From Octopus vulgaris (taxonomy: Eukaryota): a stretch of 64,000 nt of DNA. The notes under the pieces were generated by a model, which worked only from the letters and a program-made list of their open reading frames with translations, did not search any database and had not been told where the DNA came from. Location: positions 47,678,001 to 47,742,000 of the forward strand of contig OX597837.1 of NCBI GenBank assembly GCA_951406725.2, read 5' to 3'. A program made the translations under genes and the position numbers. How positions within the stretch are numbered: the stretch's first letter is position 1; each line of letters opens with the position of its first letter. Shown piece after piece: positions 1 through 12,138 of this stretch.

Positions 1-1031
1 TCATCATCATCATCAACATTTAACATCCATTATCCATGCTGGCATAGGTTTGACAGTCTCACCAGGGCTGGCAAGCTGAGGGGTTGTACCAGATTCCAGT
101 CTGATTTCACGTGGTTTCTATGGCTGGATGCCCTTCCTAACACCAACTACTCCAAAAGTGCAATGGGTGCTTTTACGTGCCACCAGCATGGGTGCCAGTT
201 GCGTGCCACCAGTCTCTGCCACAATTACGATTTCACTTGGCTTGACGGGTCTTCTGCTCAAGCAGAGCATATTGCAGAAGAAGGGCTCAGGCTCAATCGT
301 TTGTCATTGCCTCCGTGAGCCCCAACAATTCAAAGTGCTTTTTATGTGCCACCAGCACAGGGGCTACTTGCACAACACTGGCAACCTTTACACTAAAACT
401 CATTTTACTCCTCTTACTATCACTCATTTTCTGTTAAAAGACTCCTCCTTCAATACAATATCAAAAAAAAAATCATTGTGAAGTGGTGGCCAGCAATGGA
501 ACTGAAATGATGGTTAAATGTTGATCAGTGATTGTGGAGTGTATTGGCGACCAACAGTTAGTGAAAGGGTTACCTTAATTTAGTGACATTGTGAACAGCA
601 ACTGTGAAATAGTTAGCATGGTAAATGGAGTGACTACCAGTGGCATTTATGTGGCTAAGAGCAGAAGTGGAATGGTTTATTATATACTTACATTATCATA
701 CCATCGAGACAAATGAAGAAACTTTTCTTTCTCTTGGAATGTTAATTCACTCTGTTAAAGAAAATAATAATAATAATAATAATTCCAAATTTTGGCACAA
801 GGCCAGCAATTTTGGAGAAGGGGTAAGTCAATTACATTGGCAACAGTCCTCAACTGGTATTTATTTTATTGACCCCGAAAGGATGAAGGGCAAAGTTTAA
901 GATATCTTTGACATATTTTAAGAGCTAATGGCAAATTCACTGCAGTTAACATGGAGAAGAAGTTCTCACTCTTGGCAAAAGATGTAAAAACGCCATATTT
1001 TTTCAGTGTGTTCCCCTAGCAGACGTCTTAA

Positions 1032-2098
1032 CCCTTTCGATACCAAACCGCCCAAAACCGCCCGAAAAAAATTTTGGTTAATCCGCCCGAATTTACCTGT
1101 TCATATTTAAATGAGAATATCAGAGCAAATCTCTTTAGTACATTCGTGAAAACACGTATTACACTTCATAAACAGTTCAACTACAGTTTTGTACAAAAAT
1201 CGAAGTGTAATTTTAATTCCGTGAATTTTGGGAGATTTTTTTCCAAAATTTGTTCCTATTGTGTTTTCAAAATTTGTAATTCTGACAAAAAATGGATACG
1301 AATTTCATGATATCAAGCAGCGAGTCAGAATTCGAAGGATTTTCTACTGAAGACCTTGATAAATCTAACTCTATGACTGAAAAAAAAAAGCATGTGGTAT
1401 TTGATAATGAATCTGATGTTTCATTTTCCGAAAGTGAAAACAGTGAATCCGAGAGCTCCGACAGCGATAAAGAAAATGAATTGGCACCTGAATGGAGTGA
1501 AAATTTAAAAACTGTTTCTTTCGGTGATTTTTCTGAAGAAACTGGACCAAGCCACAGACTTTCCCAGAAGAGTAAAGCCTTAGACTATTTCTTTTTACTT
1601 TTTCGAATGAGCCTATTTGAAATCATTACGGCGGAAACGAACCGTTACGCTAAACGTAAACAAAACGAAAGAAAGGATAGTTTGTCGTTTGCCACAACCT
1701 TAAATGAAATTAAGACTATTTTGCCATAAATATTATTATGGGTATCAGAAAGTTACCCAGAATAACAAATTCTATTGTAAAATTTTGTTGTATACCCAAT
1801 TGAATATTAGCTAATAACCCATTTTCTATAGCGATGTTTGAACAAAATTTTAATAATTTTATATATTGTTGAATTTACCTGTATCTACCTGCAATTAGAG
1901 TCACTTTGTGACAAAAATTATAGTCTAGAATTGGTTGAGAACATTTCATTAAATTATCTTCCAAAATTCATGTTAATATATTGATAAATAAAAAAGTTAT
2001 AATTGTTTAATGAAACCAGACTAAATTTATGATTACGTTAGAAATTAATTGAAACACATAAGGGGTGTATTTTGGTCAGAAATATAGTAACGAAAGGG
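1032..2098 (+). mobile_element. Internally deleted piggyBac transposon
   Basis: TTAA at 1028-1031 and 2099-2102, with termini CCCTTTCG...CGAAAGGG. ORF 1292-1729 is an acidic N-terminus plus LDYFFLLF..LFEIITAETNRYA...TTLNEIK, typical of piggyBac transposase N-termini, then frameshifted and truncated. Confidence 0.9.
1292..1729 (+). pseudogene. Truncated piggyBac transposase fragment
   Basis: N-terminal part only. A frameshift near 1715 continues as ..NIIMGIRKLPRI, and the catalytic DDD core is absent. Confidence 0.8.
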
Positions 2099-2772
2099 TT
2101 AATGCATCTCTAGCTTTTTAGCCTTCCTCCGTAGGAGATATTGAAGAGAGATAACCTTGGGCAGATTCCAAATCTGTAGCTTTATCTTTGAACAACCAAC
2201 ACCAATGACTGAGTTGCACTTGTGGACCACTTGGTCAGGATAAAAACAGAAAGAGCAGCGCTAATCAAAGAGGAACAAACCAACTTGAGAAGACACGGAA
2301 GAAAGACAATGTTTTTACACCTTTTGCCATAAGCGAGAATTTCTTCTCCATTGTAACTGCAATGAATTTGCCTTCAGAAGTTGAAATATGTCAAAAATAT
2401 ATTTTAACCTAAATAATAATAATGTTTCTCTCTCACACAACATGCTCCCACCACCCCAAAACCACACCCACACACCCACACAGTGAACTAGTTTAAGAAC
2501 CTCTACAAGGTCACTTAACCTGCTAGAAATAATGACCAAATTTCACTCAAATGTCACACTAAAAGCTTGAAGGAGGAAGGACATACTGAACAATGTGATC
2601 CAAACTACACTTATGTCTGATAACAAAAAAAATAAAAGATTCCTGGTTAGAACATCTTTGTTATACAGAATCAGAATTGGATGAACAGCAACAACAACAA
2701 CAACAATACTAACAACAAGACACTCGTTCATGTGCAAAACTGAGAGAAATGGAGACAGACAAAAGCACTCAC

Positions 2773-2868
2773 CATTGTTTGGTGCAGAGCAAAGAAGAGC
2801 AGCAGGTCGGCCAGTGTGATACAGTTTCCAATCATATAAACTCGGTCCCTGAGGTAGGAGTTCAAATC
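2773..2868 (-). CDS. EEF1E1: EEF1E1 exon 4
   Basis: CTAG|GAT TTG...ACA ATG|GTGAGT, 96 nt, DLNSYL...TLAD. Confidence 0.92.
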
Positions 2869-5800
2869 CTAGAGAAAAAAGAAAAAAGAAAAACTACAGA
2901 AAAATCCTAGAGAAAAAAGAAAAAAGAAAAACTACAGAAGTGGGGGGAAAAAGTCACAGAATTATGACTTTGTTTTTTGTAAGCAATTCTGGATTCAAAA
3001 TTACTGACTTCACTCTGTTATAAAGTCTTCTGGCCTTAGGTGAACCTAGATGGATCTGCTTTATAATCACGGACAATCCAAGATGACCTTCTCATCTCTT
3101 CAATATATCCATTACAATACCAGAGAAAAAAAAAAAGGATGAAATGATTTTCATGTGGAATCATCAAGTTGCAATGAAAGCAAACCATCCAGAACAGAAA
3201 CTCCAAATAAAAACTGATCCCAAGAAGAGGGCACAGGAATCAGCAGCCTGGCAGATAACCTTTTTAGTAAACAACCAGAAATATATGAAACCATAAACTA
3301 CACCCAGTCTTGTAGAGTGGCTGGCAACGGGAAGGGCATCCAGCCACAAAAGAACATTAAACACACAACAAAGAAGGCCATGTTTTCCTCTCGTCTCACA
3401 TCAGATGTAACAAAGAAAATGTTACATTGAAATAGTCTTGTAACTTGTGTCAAAGCTATCAAAACTCTTCCAAAATATCAGCAATTCAAACGAATAAAAT
3501 GCTAAAGTGAATGTCTATTTTTAGTAGAATTTCAGAAATTCATTTCACTCACAGTAATATTTGTCTAACAGCTCTTTTAATCCAAGATGGTCTTTGGCCA
3601 ATCTGGAGCAACTTTTCAGGACAAGAGCAACTGTCTTTTCAGCTGTTGATTTATTCCTTTGTGAAGTAATGAAAAGTAAAACTAACAACAAGGCAGACAG
3701 ACAAGATACGCTGAGTTGAGTGACTTATCAAAGGTTCCAATGGTGTTGCTAGAGATGGAGCCAGGAGTGTTGCTAGAGTAGGGTGGGGCCAATGGTGTGA
3801 CTAGTGTTGGGGTCGTTCAGGGCAGTCCTTGGTTTCAATGCCTTTCATAATCATCATCATCGTTTTACATCCGTTTTCAATGCTGGGAAGCCAGGAGGCT
3901 GCACCAGGCCCCAATCTGATCTGGCAGTGTTTCTACAACTGGATGCCCTTCCTAACACCAACCACTCCGAGAGTGTAGTGGGTGCTTTTTACGTGCCAGT
4001 CCGGCACAAGGGGCCAGAGGAGCTGGCATCAACCACGATCGGATGGTGCTTTTTATGTAACTTTTAAAAAACAGCACATAATACATGAAAATGCTGGCCA
4101 CAGTTGACTGATCTTCTCCTGTCCCTTTCAAGGAACACAATGCAATGACTGAATAAATAAGGTATGAACTCATGACTGTGTAATCAGTGACACCTTCACC
4201 ACCACCCCACCCCACTCTCAAGCCAGGACTACTCCCACCCACCCACCCACCACCCTTATCCAAACTATCAGGAATCTTATACAAGTTTAGAATGTAACCA
4301 CATACAAAATATTTATTTCAAAAAATGTAACAATTTAGAAAACCAATTTAATCCAGGAAAGTGTGAAAAACTTTGATTTAAATAAGAAAGAAAAAAAGAG
4401 AAACGGAAGCAGGTGCCATCTTACCTGTAAACTAGAATATTTATCAGTTTTGGCATCAAGGTTGAGAATCAGGTATTCAAGCCACTGGTCAACAAATGCC
4501 TGCTCTGCCGGAGTTTTACCTGCAATAATAATGATAATACATAATCATCATCATTGATTCTCTGCTGTCATGGGTTGGACGAGACTTGTTCAGTGTGTTC
4601 TATTATAGGACACTCTGCTTTCACCAACCCATACCTGTCTGTAAGGCCCTCACTCCCCACCTCTTCTCGATCACAAACTGTACAACAGCATAAACACTGA
4701 AACCATCGACACATAGTCATGGACGTGGCATTGGTTGGCACAATAATTACATCAACGTAGAGATGAGGTGAAAACACACACACACATGATTGTCATCATC
4801 ATTTTACATTCGTTTGCCATGCTGGATGGCTCAAGAGAATCCAACAGGATAAAGGAGCAAACCTTGATCAAATGTCTCGATTTTGGCCAAGCTCCTGTGG
4901 CTGAATGTCCTTCCTAACACCAAACACTTTACAGAATGTAGTCAATGCATTTATTTGCCAACAAAGAGAAGCTGCTTCGCTATCAGCAACACTAAAGACT
5001 CTCTCATCTCATAAATTCCGATTTACTCCCCATCACTTTAAATATGTAATGGAGGGTTTATTTTTGCAGCATTAACACTGTTTGGGTGGCCTTATAACTT
5101 AAAAAGAAAAAAGAGCATTTATGATGGATGGAAAAGGTTTAATGTTGAGAGATGATGAAGGAGGAGAGAAGAAAGGGAAGAGTATTGACAGGGATTGGTG
5201 TGAAAGAGAGGATGAGGGAACAAGGTGGTGGATTCAACAGATGGACCCATGATGGGATAAAGGGGTGTTTTCCTTGACTGCATATTTCATCAGGGTCCAA
5301 GAGTTCTTAAAAGAATCACACAGGTTCATTGCTAAGAGGAGGGGAAAAACTAACAAAGACAGAATTACGGAAGTGGGTAAGAGGAAGGAAAAAGGAAAAG
5401 TGGTGTCAGGGATGGTTAATGAGAGAGAGTTATATGCGACAGGACAGTGAGAAAAAGGGGTCAGCAGGAGGAACTACAGGGCTCCCCTATATTATGTGTG
5501 AGGAGGTAAAGTGTTGCATGTAGGAGGGGGGTAGGGTAATGAGTAACTCTTCAAGGAAACAAGTCCAAAAGATGTGCCTTCCTCAATTACGAACGAGCCT
5601 TGACTTGGAGATGAGAAAGTACAGAAGAGGTACAGCAAGAAGGGGAATATATGGGCAAGACTAAGTGATGGGTGGCAATAGAGATGCAACCCAGGGAAGA
5701 ATGAGGGTTGGTAGAAGAGAGAGTGGAGTTGATGTGTATTGAGTAGGAGGATGGAGGGGTGGGATCAAATGCAGTGAAGGGTAATGGTGTGAAATAGAAG

Positions 5801-8800
5801 AGGGTGATGCAGTCAGCAAAAGTATTGGGAAGATAAGAGATAAAGGGTTATGAGAGAGAAGGAGACAAGCGAAAGGTTCTAAACAATAAGACATGGTTTC
5901 AAGGAAGCAAAGCAAGGACAAATATAGGTTTGGTAGGGTACAAGATATCTCAGCCTCCAAACACTACCCTTCTATCACCAAACAGTGTAGTCCTTTATCA
6001 CATCAATTGCAGGCTTAACCGTTTCATTCCAAGTCTCCTTTGGTCTTCTTTTTCTACAAGTTCTGCCATCTTGGGGGTAAAACTATGCGATAGGTTCTAT
6101 TAAAATGGAAATCCTAAAGAGAGGTGATGGCAATGTCTACATACATACCCAACAAAGCCTGCTGGTTTGATGTCCTTGTCAGATGTTTGGCTATAGAGAG
6201 AAAGCCTTGCACATTCAGACCATTCTCCTTCAGAACAAGTACCTAGAGATAGGAAGGAGAACAACAGTCAATTACTACAATTAGTAAGAATGTTTTAAAT
6301 AAAAATACAAAAACCAACATAACCAAGGACAGATGCAGTGTATCAGCAATCAGTTGAAGCTGTAGGGCATTTTTGAAACTGTTGTCGTACATGAAATTAT
6401 AAAATAGCTAAATCAGTAGAACACAGGATGAACTGACCTGTGGCATTTATTCTAGCTCTCTGCATTCTGAGTTCAAATACCACTGAGGTCAACTTTTGTC
6501 TCTCGTTCATCTGGGATACTGTGATTACGGGTTGTAGTGATTATTTGTATTGTTTGCAACCTTGCACTCTGAACATGCATCCACTCCATTGTCCTACCTT
6601 TTTTTCTGTGACGTCAGTAACCATAACAAAGATAGGCAAGGTAGACTTGGTCAAAGCATAACTACCACAGGCATCCCTCTGCATTTACTGCAATTGTGGC
6701 TGCAGTGAAGTCACACAAGGTAGACTTGGTCCAAGAATAACAGCCCTACACTTGATGGCTATAGTAGAAGGGAAGGTTGCAATAGTCAGAATGCAACAGA
6801 TGCTTTATTTGCATTCCATATGATATACGAGTGTCTGGGTTGCTATACAAGCATCTGTGTGGTGGCATGATTTGCTAGAAACGGCAGCCAAATCTCCATC
6901 AATCACACACTCTTGTTTCGAGAAGGAGCAACACATCAGGTGACGTAATCCTCAATAACTATTTCAGACAAAGATAGCAACACACGCACACACATTATAT
7001 ATATTCACAGACCTACAAAATATATCGAATCTGGATGAAATTAGTAGTTAGGGTGTTGGCCTAACGATCAGTCATGAGTTTATTTTCTGGATTGGGTGGT
7101 ATTGTGTTCTTGAGCAAGGCACTTCATTTCACATGGTTCCAGCCTATTCAACAGAGTAACAGGAATACAGCTCACCCCTCCCTCCAGTTGATGTTTGGCT
7201 GGCTTCTGGGTGGGAGGGCCAAAATCATATCTATGTCTGTTTGCGACTACATAGGCACCTAAAACATTGGTGTTACCAATCGCAATTGACTGCGAGTGAC
7301 AGCTTTGGTAAAGAAGATAGAGTAATCAGAGCTTAAATATCGGCCGACACGAAAGCTACTCTACTTCCTCCCTGAACATTAAATAAGGTGTGAAGTTAAC
7401 CATAGGAGAAGAGAGTTATGTACCTTGTTTTAAAATGACTTAGTCGCACTCTGACGAATTGGGGGTGTTGTGTATGGGAGAAGAGATAAAGGTTAGATTG
7501 GGATAGCAGTCTTTTTTTGCCAGCCATGATAATACGATAGATGACTTTAGATAAAGTTACTATCTCTAGCGTAAGTAGCGTCGACATAAGAGGCCCCGAC
7601 CCTTATTTGGCACGATCGCAATAAAAGTTTTGGCACTTGAAACATTCAAAATAAATCACTGATTCATTTAAAACAAAATGAAGAGACACGAGGCTGTCTT
7701 GAGTGACCAGACCGGAAATATACAGCAAAGAAAGTTCTATGTACACAAGTTGGGTATCTGAAATCTAACCGGTTGGGAATTTTTAGACGAAAAAATAAAA
7801 ACTGTCGGCAATCGTGTACACCCATTATTTTTTATATACACGTACATACAGAAATAGGTTAATATAGGGCGTGACAAATATCAGAAAATCAAAAAAAAAA
7901 TGTGTGTAATAGGTGTAAAACAACTTCCTATGAACGAATATGAAAAAAAAATTCGCGCACTTGAAAGGGGGTGGGGGAGAGGCCTCGGAAAATTCACATC
8001 GGGAAGTTCCGAAAGCGTCTGAGGGGCTGACCCGGGCACCAAAACAAAAAAAAAAAGTGTAATATGTGTAAAACAACTTGCTCTAAACGAATATGACAAA
8101 AAAAATGCGCTCTCGCGAAAGAGGGGTGGGGGAGAGGCCTCGGAATATTTATATCGGGAATTTCCGAAAGCGTCTGAACCGGGCACAAAACAAAAACAAA
8201 AACAGCGTAATAGGTGTAAAACAACTTGCTCTAAACGACTATCATGAAAAAAATGCGCTCTCGCGAAAGGGGGTGGGGGAGAGGCTTCGGAAATTTCACA
8301 TCTTCAGTCCACGGCCTTTAAACTAAGAAAAAATAGTGTAATTGGTGTAAAACTACTTGTTCTAAACGAGTATCAAGAACACACACTCACACATGAATCA
8401 TAAACTCCGTATTTCGCAAAAAAAATAAATAAAGAGAAGAAATTCTGGAAAAAGTGAAGAAATGTTGGATCTCATTCCTTGGTTAAAGCTATTTTAAACA
8501 TTAAATTTATGCTTTTCTTTGAAATAGTTCAGATATATGCAATTCTTCTCACTTATTAAGATGCATTTATCAGAAAAAAAGAGACAGAAAAAATTATTAT
8601 TTTGTGTCAATCCTTCCCTAATTATCCTTTATTAATTAGTTTTGGCGTGTATTTTTTTCCCAAATTTATTTTTTCACCTTTACAACACTGTTTAGTAAAG
8701 CAATTAATTATCTTTATAATTTGCATATTTGACTTATTAATCAAAATTCTCTAGATGTAATATATACTAAGTAATGCATCCTTCATTTATGTGTTCCGTT

Positions 8801-10876
8801 CTGTATTATGCATGCGTGACTGTTTGTATGTAAGTGTGTTTAACTGTGCACATGAATGTGAATATTAAAGAACATATTTATTTACTATGATTGTTATTTT
8901 CAGAACAAATAAATCTTTTGGCTGTTATGTTATTGATGTTATTATTATTGCTAGTTAAAAGGTGGTGACTTGGCTGAATATTTTGAGTCTTGTAGTATGT
9001 AGTTGTGTTAGTCAATATTCTGAGTTCAAATCCAACTCATTTCTTTATCATCATTATCGATGGACCACTCAAAGAGGTATGTATACATTATCATTTTCGT
9101 AACATAATTTCTGTAGTATTTCAAGATGTTTCTGACACGTATTTTGATTCACATGGCGGAGATCCAACATTTCTTCACTTTTTCCAGAATTTCTTCTCTT
9201 TATTTATTTTTTTTGTGAAATACGGAGTTTATGATTCATGTGTGAGTGTGTGTTCTTGATACTCGTTTAGAACAAGTAGTTTTACACCAATTACACTATT
9301 TTTTCTTAGTTTAAAGGCCGTGGACTGAAGATGTGAAATTTCCGAAGCCTCTCCCCCACCCCCCTTTCGCGAGCGCGCATTTTTTTCATGATAGTCGTTT
9401 AGAGCAAGTTGTTTTACACCTATTACGCTGTTTTTGTTTTTGTTTTTGTGCCCGGTTCAGACGCTTTCGGAAATTCCCGATATAAATATTCCGAGGCCTC
9501 TCCCCCACCCCTCTTTCGCGAGAGCGCATTTTTTTTTGTCATATTCGTTTAGAGCAAGTTGTTTTACACATATTACACTATTTTTTTTTTGTTTTGGTGC
9601 CCGGGTCAGCCCCTCAGACGCTTTCGGAACTTCCCGATGTGAATTTTCCGAGGCCTCTCCCCCATCCCCCTTTCAAGTGCGCGAATTTTTTTTTCATATT
9701 CGTTCATAGGAAGTTGTTTTACACCTATTACACACATTTTTTTTTTTGATTTTCTGATATTTGTCACGCCCTATATTAACCCAGAAGGTTAATAGTGTGT
9801 TGCACTATTCAAGTCATGAACATTAAAGTCAACGGAGGTGTATTTGTGTGAGAGCGTGCACCCATCTCTTTCACTTTAACAAAAGTAAATAAATATAAAA
9901 TTTTTACGGAAATTAACGAACAACCAGAGACAGATTTTGAGACCAAAAACGACTGATTGCCAAATTGTCTTATTAGTTGTTCTAACTTTGATAAAGCATC
10001 AATATTTATAGGTGGAACGAGTCGGCAACATTAGCTTTATATAGGGGCCCTCGTTTACAAGTGAAATCAGCTTCGTAACACGTTTTCGAGGCCCCATGCC
10101 GAAGGTCGCCATATATATATATATATATACACACACAAACAGACAGACAGCAGAATAATAATAACAACCCTTTCTACAACAGGCTCAAGGCCTGAAATTT
10201 TGGAGGAAGGGGGCAAGTTGGTTATATCGACCCCCAGTGTTTGACAAGTACTTATTTCATCGATCTCAAAAGGATGAAAAGCAAAGTCACCGTCAGCACA
10301 ATTTGAACTCAAAACAAAGTCGGACGAAATGCCGCTCAGCATTTTCTCCGGCGTGATAATAACACTGCCAACTCGCTGCAACAGCAACAACAATCATAAT
10401 AATAATAATACTTAAGAAGAGTGGTCCCGGTGCGTGCACTCGCTAGTCGTGACTAGTCGATCCTTACTTTGTGTTTCTGTTTAAAAAAATTATTTGTTTT
10501 ATTTACTTCGCTAGGTAGTCGTTGTAGGATCGACTAGTCACGACTAGCTAGCGCGAGTACGCGAATACGCGCACCGGGACCACTCTTCTTAAGTAGCACC
10601 AATAATAATAATAAATAGAGTAATAGTTTAAAAACTGGGAATGTGTTGGTGTTTTTAATTCCTCTGACATGATGCAATGGTTTTGGTCCGAAATCACATC
10701 CAAAACATGTCTTAACATAGATTCCCGTGTGTTTGTATGTATGTTTGTGTATATATATGGTTCCTGAGGAAGTAAAGGGTGAAAAGAATAGCTCCTACGT
10801 TGTTTTCTTGGACCAGGGCTTTGTGAGGACGTCGTAAAAACTTGGCGAGAGCGTCCAAGGGTTTCTGGTCAGCCAT
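2773..10876 (-). CDS. EEF1E1: Eukaryotic translation elongation factor 1 epsilon-1 / AIMP3 (p18), exons 1-4; final exon not found in window
   Basis: GT-AG exons 10876-10799, 6242-6149, 4519-4425 and 2868-2773 join in frame: MADQKPLDALAKFLRRPHKALVQENN|VLVLKENGLNVQGFLSIAKHLTRTSNQQALL G|KTPAEQAFVDQWLEYLILNLDAKTDKYSSLQ|DLNSYLRDRVYMIGNCITLADLLLFFALHQTM. This matches the GST-C-like AIMP3 motifs (LLG..EEKAIVQQWLEY, DLNSYL.DKVY...TLAD). Confidence 0.93.
2864..2939. repeat. Perfect 38-bp tandem duplication spanning a splice acceptor
   Basis: AAATCCTAGAGAAAAAAGAAAAAAGAAAAACTACAGAA x2. Confidence 0.95.
4425..4519 (-). CDS. EEF1E1: EEF1E1 exon 3
   Basis: TGCAG|GT AAA...TTA CAG|GTAAGA, 95 nt, encodes the VDQWLEY motif. 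Confidence 0.92.
6149..6242 (-). CDS. EEF1E1: EEF1E1 exon 2
   Basis: CTAG|GTA CTT...TTG G|GTATGT, 94 nt. Confidence 0.9.
7857..9781. mobile_element. Foldback element with ~620-bp modular inverted arms
   Basis: 7857-8473 is the near-perfect reverse complement of 9159-9781. Each arm contains 3 full plus 1 partial ~150-bp subrepeats. Termini are GGTTAATATAGGG...CCCTATATTAACC. Confidence 0.9.
10409..10600. mobile_element. Palindromic MITE (Merlin-like), copy 1
   Basis: TIR TACTTAAGAAGAGTGGTCCCGGTGCG / CGCACCGGGACCACTCTTCTTAAGTA, inserted in (AAT)n. Confidence 0.85.
10799..10876 (-). CDS. EEF1E1: EEF1E1 exon 1
   Basis: ATG at 10876, 26 codons, donor AAC|GTAGGA, phase 0 matching exon 2. Confidence 0.85.
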
Positions 10877-12044
10877 GCTGCCGGAAGTAAAGAACGGACA
10901 AAAGAAATAACTATAGGATCGCACAAACAGCAATTACACGCATTCATTTTTGTTTTTATCAAATTTTCCATTTATTCTCCTTTCGGTTTTCGTCGTCTTT
11001 TTTTAACTTTGAATTTTTAGTTGAGTGAAATATAGATTTCAACCAAGATAAGTTAAAATTTTATCTAATTGAATCCTTTACCTGACGACATTTAGAATTC
11101 GAATGGGCTGCTTATGTCTTTAGAAATCACCACAGCGTATAGAATGTAAAAGGCTCGGAATTTGGTGGCATTTTTCCGTCATAAGTTTCTGTTGTTTTTC
11201 TATAAATCTGTCGAAAATAAAGTATATTCATTTTTTTTTTTTGATAGCGAAATATGACTGTTTCTCTTGGACATAAGCGGCTTGATCAAATTCCGTCAAA
11301 ATTACTGAATTCTTAATAAAAATGTGACAAGATATTAATAATTCATTTGTGATGCTTTAAACACTGATCGGGAATGTAGTTATAGATATATATTTTTTCT
11401 TATTACACTGATTGTCCATGTAGCTTTCTGCTTTTTATGTTAAAGGGATTTGTTTATGTTTAAGGAACATAATTAAATACCAAAAGCTATTTCCCCTGAA
11501 GCCCTACTGATTCTGTCATCAAGTCGTTATAAAATTTCGCGTATAATTAATAAACATTCTTGTATATTTAGTGATTCGTTTATCACTGTTTCCGTTATTA
11601 CCACGGAGGTGAGGGGAAAACGATTCGCTAAGAAGGACAGAATAAGGCTGGTCACATAACACCTAATAAAAAAAAAATGTCTGGAGTTGTGTCCCGTGCT
11701 TACCCAGCAATCGGGACATTGATATTTAATAAGTATTCCCTTTTTTATTTTATTACTCTTCCTATAATTATTTCTGTTTTAGTTTTCTTTTCATTAATAA
11801 TCTTCGTTATTAAATATGTTGACACTAAGTTGAAAGCGGATATTTTTATAGTGACATTAGCGATGAGTGAAATCACGTAGTGGCGAGAAAACGCGAACGA
11901 GAAGTTAGGATATCTCATCATATGATTATAACAGGTTCCTCCTCCGACCCGAAACCTTCACGTCGGTTCCTCCTCCGCGATTCGCCTTCGGTCCGCTTTA
12001 TTCGATTTCTGTTGGCTATTTATTGAATTGCATTCCTTTCCATC
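10877..12044. promoter_or_regulatory. Divergent promoter and 5'UTR region between EEF1E1 and ATP6V0B
   Basis: Start codons are about 1.17 kb apart on opposite strands. The region is repeat-poor, retains CpG, and has an ETS-type CCGGAAGT at 10881-10888. Confidence 0.7.
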
Positions 12045-12138
12045 ATGGATCGTTCATCGAAGAAGACAATGTCTTACAGTTATGGCATAATCTACAGAGT
12101 TCTTGCTTCTATTGCAATAACAATATTGATCATGGTCT
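12045..12138 (+). CDS. ATP6V0B: ATP6V0B exon 1 (alternative in-frame ATG at 12069)
   Basis: [31 protein letters not shown], donor T|GTAAGT, phase 1 matching exon 2. Confidence 0.8.

Larger units (their letters stand above)
901..2403. mobile_element. Older non-autonomous TIR element (Kolobok-like) hosting the piggyBac
   Basis: About 95-bp diverged inverted repeats at 901-996 and 2309-2403, bounded by TTAA (897-900, 2404-2407), with purine-purine termini. Confidence 0.6.

Noticed and set aside
5100-5960. Long purine-rich tract as a coding or regulatory element
   Set aside because: It lies between an RTE-like (CAT)n tail (~4790) and an RTE ORF end (~6000-6070), so it is most simply decayed retroelement sequence
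7444-7645. CTGACGA as a possible hammerhead core
   Set aside because: No matching stem II, GAAA, UH and stem I closure could be found
11081-11180. Minus-strand segment with a donor site as EEF1E1 first coding exon
   Set aside because: The phase-0 frame contains TAA, while 10876-10799 gives a clean in-frame exon 1
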